From: Nitrospirota bacterium
Lineage (GTDB): Bacteria; Nitrospirota; UBA9217
Length of the DNA: 64,000 bases
Assembly: GCA_963737155.1 (NCBI GenBank)
Contig: CAVTRN010000001.1
Span: forward strand, 128,001 to 192,000
Direction: 5' to 3'
Shown: in pieces, positions 60,589 through 64,000 of the stretch
Layout of the letters: each line of letters starts with the position of its first letter
Numbering within the stretch: the first letter of the stretch is position 1
Made by a program: the position numbers and the translations under genes
Notes under the pieces: generated by a model
Told to the model about the DNA's origin: nothing
Seen by the model: the letters and a program-made list of their open reading frames with translations, nothing else
Database searches by the model: none

Positions 60589-63153
60589 TTAAACACAGAG
60601 CTGCTTATTAATCACTTCTCGCAGTTCATCCACATTATAGGGCTTCTTGAGAACTGCCTTAAAACCCTGTTTGCGGTAGTGCGATATCATAGCATTATCG
60701 GAGTAACCGCTCGATACGACCGCTTTTACGTTGTCGTCTATTTTGAGCAGTTTCTGAATCGTCTCTGCACCTCCCATCCCGCCCCGTATCGTGAGATCCA
60801 GAATCACGATATCAAATGCGTTGTCTGCTTGTCTCGCCAATTTGTACTTCTCCACTGCCTCCTCGCCATGTACCGCAAACTCCACGGTATGGCCAAGGGC
60901 TTTTATCAATTCCCCGGCAACATCCCGGATGACCGGCTCGTCGTCCATCATAAGGATCCTTCCCGTACGCATTGTGGCTGCTACTGCCATTGGTTTATCC
61001 GTCACCTCTTTTTGAATCGATGCCGTAGCGGGAAGGTATATGAAGAAAGTCGTCCCTTTGCCCGCGTCGGATTTGGCCTCAATCATGCCATCATGATTTT
61101 TTATGATGGAATAGGATGTCGCGAGGCCTAAACCGCTTCCCCGCTCTTTGGTTGTGAAATAAGGATCAAAGATCCTGTCCAGGTATTGTTTAGGAATCCC
61201 TATACCGCTGTCTTTGATGGCAACCTCAATGTATTTATCCTTTCGCAAACCCTGTGGCAAACCCCTGACAGAAAAATCGATGTTCCTCGCCGTGATCTCC
61301 ACATGGCCGCCTTGCGGCATGGCCTGATCAGCATTCATCACAATATTTTGAATCACCTGACCGATCTGGCCCTCGTCCGCCTCCGTTAGCCAGAGACTGT
61401 CGTTCGTTGCTATGCGGTAATCGGAGCGTGACCCGCTCAGTGCAAATTTCGCTGCATTCTCAATCACCAACCTGAGGTCGAGAGGTTTCTTTAACGGCTT
61501 GCCGCCTTTAGAGAAAGTCAAAAGCTGGTTTGTCAGTCTGACCGACATGTGCAGCGCCTTTTCGGCTTGTTCAAGTGCTGATAAACTTTTTTCCCTGTCA
61601 TCCCTCACCATCTTCGCGAGGGAAATGTAGCCGAATACTCCCTGCAATAAGTTGTTGAAATCATGAGCGATACCTCCTGCTAGCACCCCCAATGATTCGA
61701 TTTTTTCAGACTTGATCACTCGGTCCTCAAGCTTCTTTTTCTCGGTTACATCCCGAAACACCACGACCGTTCCAATGATGCTGTTGTCTTTGTCAAGGAT
61801 GGGAGCGACGCTATTTGCGATGAGACGTTTCGTGCCATTCCGTGAAAGGAGAACAGCATCGCTTTCTAGGTCGCAGGCCATTTGGGTTTCAAGAATCCGT
61901 TCGACGGGGCAGATGAGCCGTTCACCCGTTTTCTCATCCGCAAAATTGAATACCTCCTTTATCGGCGCGCCGCAGGCTGCATCCTGCTTCCATCCGGTCA
62001 GTTGTTCGGCCACTTTGTTGATCAGCACGACATTCCCATGAATATCGGTGGTAATAACGCCGTCACCGATGCTTCGTAGAGTCACCGCAAGTTGTTCCCG
62101 TTCGGCGGCCATAAGCGTCTCAACCCGCTTTCGTTCCGTAATATCGCGGAAAATCCCCCGCGTGCCGGCGAACTTGCCATCCTCAAAGACCGCACTGACA
62201 TTGCCTTCAACGCTGATCTTTTCTCCGCCTTTGGTGATGAACATAGTCTCGAACCTGCCGTCTTTATGCCCGCAGACAACACTCTTGAATTCCGGGCCAC
62301 AGTCTACGCATTCAGGATGGACGACATCGAATATCGAGAGTCTGGATATTTCATCTTCACCATAGCCGAGTGTTTCCTGCCATGCCCGGTTGACGTACCG
62401 TATCGAGCTGTCCTCTCCCAAGACCTGAATGAGGTCGGTGGAATTCTCGAAAAGGTCCCGATAGCGCTCTTCACTTTTTCGGAGGTTCTCCTGAGCAAGA
62501 ATGTGTTCAGTCATATCCATGTATACGAGAACGATCCTTGATATCGCGCCTTCCTTACCACTGATCGGCGTCGCTACGACATCAAAGTGATGGCTATCCA
62601 ATACGATGTCCATTCTACAGCTCTTGCCCGTTGCTATTGCTTCCCTGGAAGGGCATTCTGCAGGCTTGTCCTTCCGGCACAACAGCTGGTTGCAGGCCAT
62701 TCCGCAGATGGCGTCCCGATCGATCCCGAACATGTCCTCGATTTTTTTATTGCAGGTGAGGATGTGCAGATCCCTGTCAAGAACGAGGATTCCCATACCT
62801 GCCGAGTCGAAGATGGCAGTAATCTCGTTGTGGGCTTCCTTCAGCTGCTCGTTAGTTTTCTTCAGGTGCTTCAATACTTGCACAAAAGACTCGCTGACAA
62901 TACCGATGGGGTCGAGCTCGATCAATGTCTCATCGTCGAGTTCCTCCGCCCGTAGCGGCGATGTGCCCATAACAGTCAGGAGCTGATTGACTTTTTGGCG
63001 TATATATAGCTTCGCCGTTGCGTACTCTCGCCGCAACTCCTGGATCTCTCGAAGGAGTATCGCGTTAGCGTTGTTTTTTTCTAACAGCGTTCGCCTTTTC
63101 TTTAATGGTTTTTTGCGGGTAATCAATTCAGTCCCTTTTACCGGAGACCACAA
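60589..63153 (-). CDS. Cytoplasmic hybrid sensor kinase (3 PAS-HisKA-HATPase-REC); exact start uncertain
   Basis: GGIAHDFNN, NADQAM, DSGIG, YFTTKERGSGLGL, ILDLTI. Confidence 0.92.
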   Translation of the reverse strand: MWSPVKGTELITRKKPLKKRRTLLEKNNANAILLREIQELRREYATAKLYIRQKVNQLLTVMGTSPLRAEELDDETLIELDPIGIVSESFVQVLKHLKKTNEQLKEAHNEITAIFDSAGMGILVLDRDLHILTCNKKIEDMFGIDRDAICGMACNQLLCRKDKPAECPSREAIATGKSCRMDIVLDSHHFDVVATPISGKEGAISRIVLVYMDMTEHILAQENLRKSEERYRDLFENSTDLIQVLGEDSSIRYVNRAWQETLGYGEDEISRLSIFDVVHPECVDCGPEFKSVVCGHKDGRFETMFITKGGEKISVEGNVSAVFEDGKFAGTRGIFRDITERKRVETLMAAEREQLAVTLRSIGDGVITTDIHGNVVLINKVAEQLTGWKQDAACGAPIKEVFNFADEKTGERLICPVERILETQMACDLESDAVLLSRNGTKRLIANSVAPILDKDNSIIGTVVVFRDVTEKKKLEDRVIKSEKIESLGVLAGGIAHDFNNLLQGVFGYISLAKMVRDDREKSLSALEQAEKALHMSVRLTNQLLTFSKGGKPLKKPLDLRLVIENAAKFALSGSRSDYRIATNDSLWLTEADEGQIGQVIQNIVMNADQAMPQGGHVEITARNIDFSVRGLPQGLRKDKYIEVAIKDSGIGIPKQYLDRIFDPYFTTKERGSGLGLATSYSIIKNHDGMIEAKSDAGKGTTFFIYLPATASIQKEVTDKPMAVAATMRTGRILMMDDEPVIRDVAGELIKALGHTVEFAVHGEEAVEKYKLARQADNAFDIVILDLTIRGGMGGAETIQKLLKIDDNVKAVVSSGYSDNAMISHYRKQGFKAVLKKPYNVDELREVINKQLCV

Positions 63154-63370
63154 TATTATACTGTCGGTCCTTCTTTTCCACCGTCACAGCGTATCCCATG
63201 TTGGAAGCTGATTCAGGTATGGTTATAGTTGCATCCCGGTTGTCGATGATGAAACAGAGCTTCACGCCGCCTTGCCGCAAAATGTCGGCGTGAGCATTTA
63301 TCTCTTTGAGCGCGACTAGGAACGTTGACGGGCATATTTGCCCTCTGATGTCGAATTCAACCGTGTCCAT
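63128..63370 (-). CDS. TusA/YeeD-family sulfur carrier
   Basis: FDIRGQICP motif; AAGGAGG RBS. Confidence 0.85.
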   Translation of the reverse strand: MDTVEFDIRGQICPSTFLVALKEINAHADILRQGGVKLCFIIDNRDATITIPESASNMGYAVTVEKKDRQYNIVVSGKRD

Positions 63371-63381
63371 ATAATCCTCCT

Positions 63382-63999
63382 TTAGGTGCTTCTGACGCCT
63401 TGCTTAGCGAGGACCTTTACCAGGAGCAGGCCTCCGAGCCATGCACCCGGAAGCATGCCGAGGAGAAAGAGAATACTCGATGCTGACAATATCGGCAGCC
63501 CTCCCAGAAGGTGCCATATATTGCATGTCGGGGCCATACGGGACGCAAGCCCCATAATAGTCCCGCCGCACGCAGCAAGGACATACTGGCGAAATGGCAC
63601 CCGATGATGGATGTTCAGTTCCTTGAGCAAGGCGGCAGAGAGAGCGCTCCCGGCTATGATTCCGGCGATAAGAGGAATCTGTATCGCGGCGAGTGCATCG
63701 TAGTTGGGACCGGGGCCGCCCGTCAGAACGCTTCCGGTTAGCGCATTACAATAATTTAGCGGCATGGTTTTATAAAAAGCAAGGCTGTCAAAATGACCTG
63801 GGAACAAGGCACTTTCTATATACCCCGCGATTTTTGTGAATGCAGTAGTGACCCCCATCGGCATGCCTATCAGTATAGAGGAAACAGTGCCAATCAGAGC
63901 GAGCATCAGGGCCGCCTTGTAGGGCTGCAGATATCCGGTGGCAAAGGCTGGCCGGAGCAACTCTTTCCGTCTGTGCCAAAAGAACAGAAGGAGCGCTCC
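63382..63999 (-). CDS. YeeE/YedE thiosulfate transporter family (5' end off the window)
   Basis: PMGVTT, GIIAGS, GGTIMGLASRMAPTCNIWH; frame stays open to the window end. Confidence 0.88.
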   Translation of the reverse strand, partial: GALLLFFWHRRKELLRPAFATGYLQPYKAALMLALIGTVSSILIGMPMGVTTAFTKIAGYIESALFPGHFDSLAFYKTMPLNYCNALTGSVLTGGPGPNYDALAAIQIPLIAGIIAGSALSAALLKELNIHHRVPFRQYVLAACGGTIMGLASRMAPTCNIWHLLGGLPILSASSILFLLGMLPGAWLGGLLLVKVLAKQGVRST

Positions 64000-64000
64000 A

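Overview
Bacterial accessory-type region with about 50 CDS. I saw no rRNA, tRNA or CRISPR array. Gene content (split-Soret-like cytochrome, Tat-exported SOD, several PAS hybrid kinases, SAP-like protein, YeeE/TusA) suggests an anaerobic or microaerophilic Nitrospirota/Desulfobacterota-like host; this is inference only. 1-7.3 kb is a minus-strand metal/redox cluster. It contains two paralogous leaderless Cys/His-rich small ORFs ending in E[R/H]PP, each followed directly by a conserved structured leader RNA. There are three copies of that RNA, two with an internal terminator-like hairpin, which makes this a candidate CruR/DUF2946-like stalling attenuator. 7348-9478 is an intact ISL3 element (terminal IRs, 8-bp TSD) carrying an MNT-HEPN toxin-antitoxin pair translationally coupled to the transposase. 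10-30 kb is a run of unrelated + strand genes interspersed with at least 7 degenerate copies of an unexplained repeat. It includes an ArsM-like methyltransferase with two in-frame UGA codons, each followed by a SECIS-like hairpin (double selenoprotein, truncated in the ORF track). 34-39 kb holds a cobalamin riboswitch, a small Cys-rich gene and eutBC. 39-64 kb holds sensor kinases, an HtrA-like protease, an MCP with a sigma28 promoter, and a YeeE-TusA-kinase operon. Several genes lack canonical catalytic residues. All calls come from motif recognition by eye; no database search or folding program was run.
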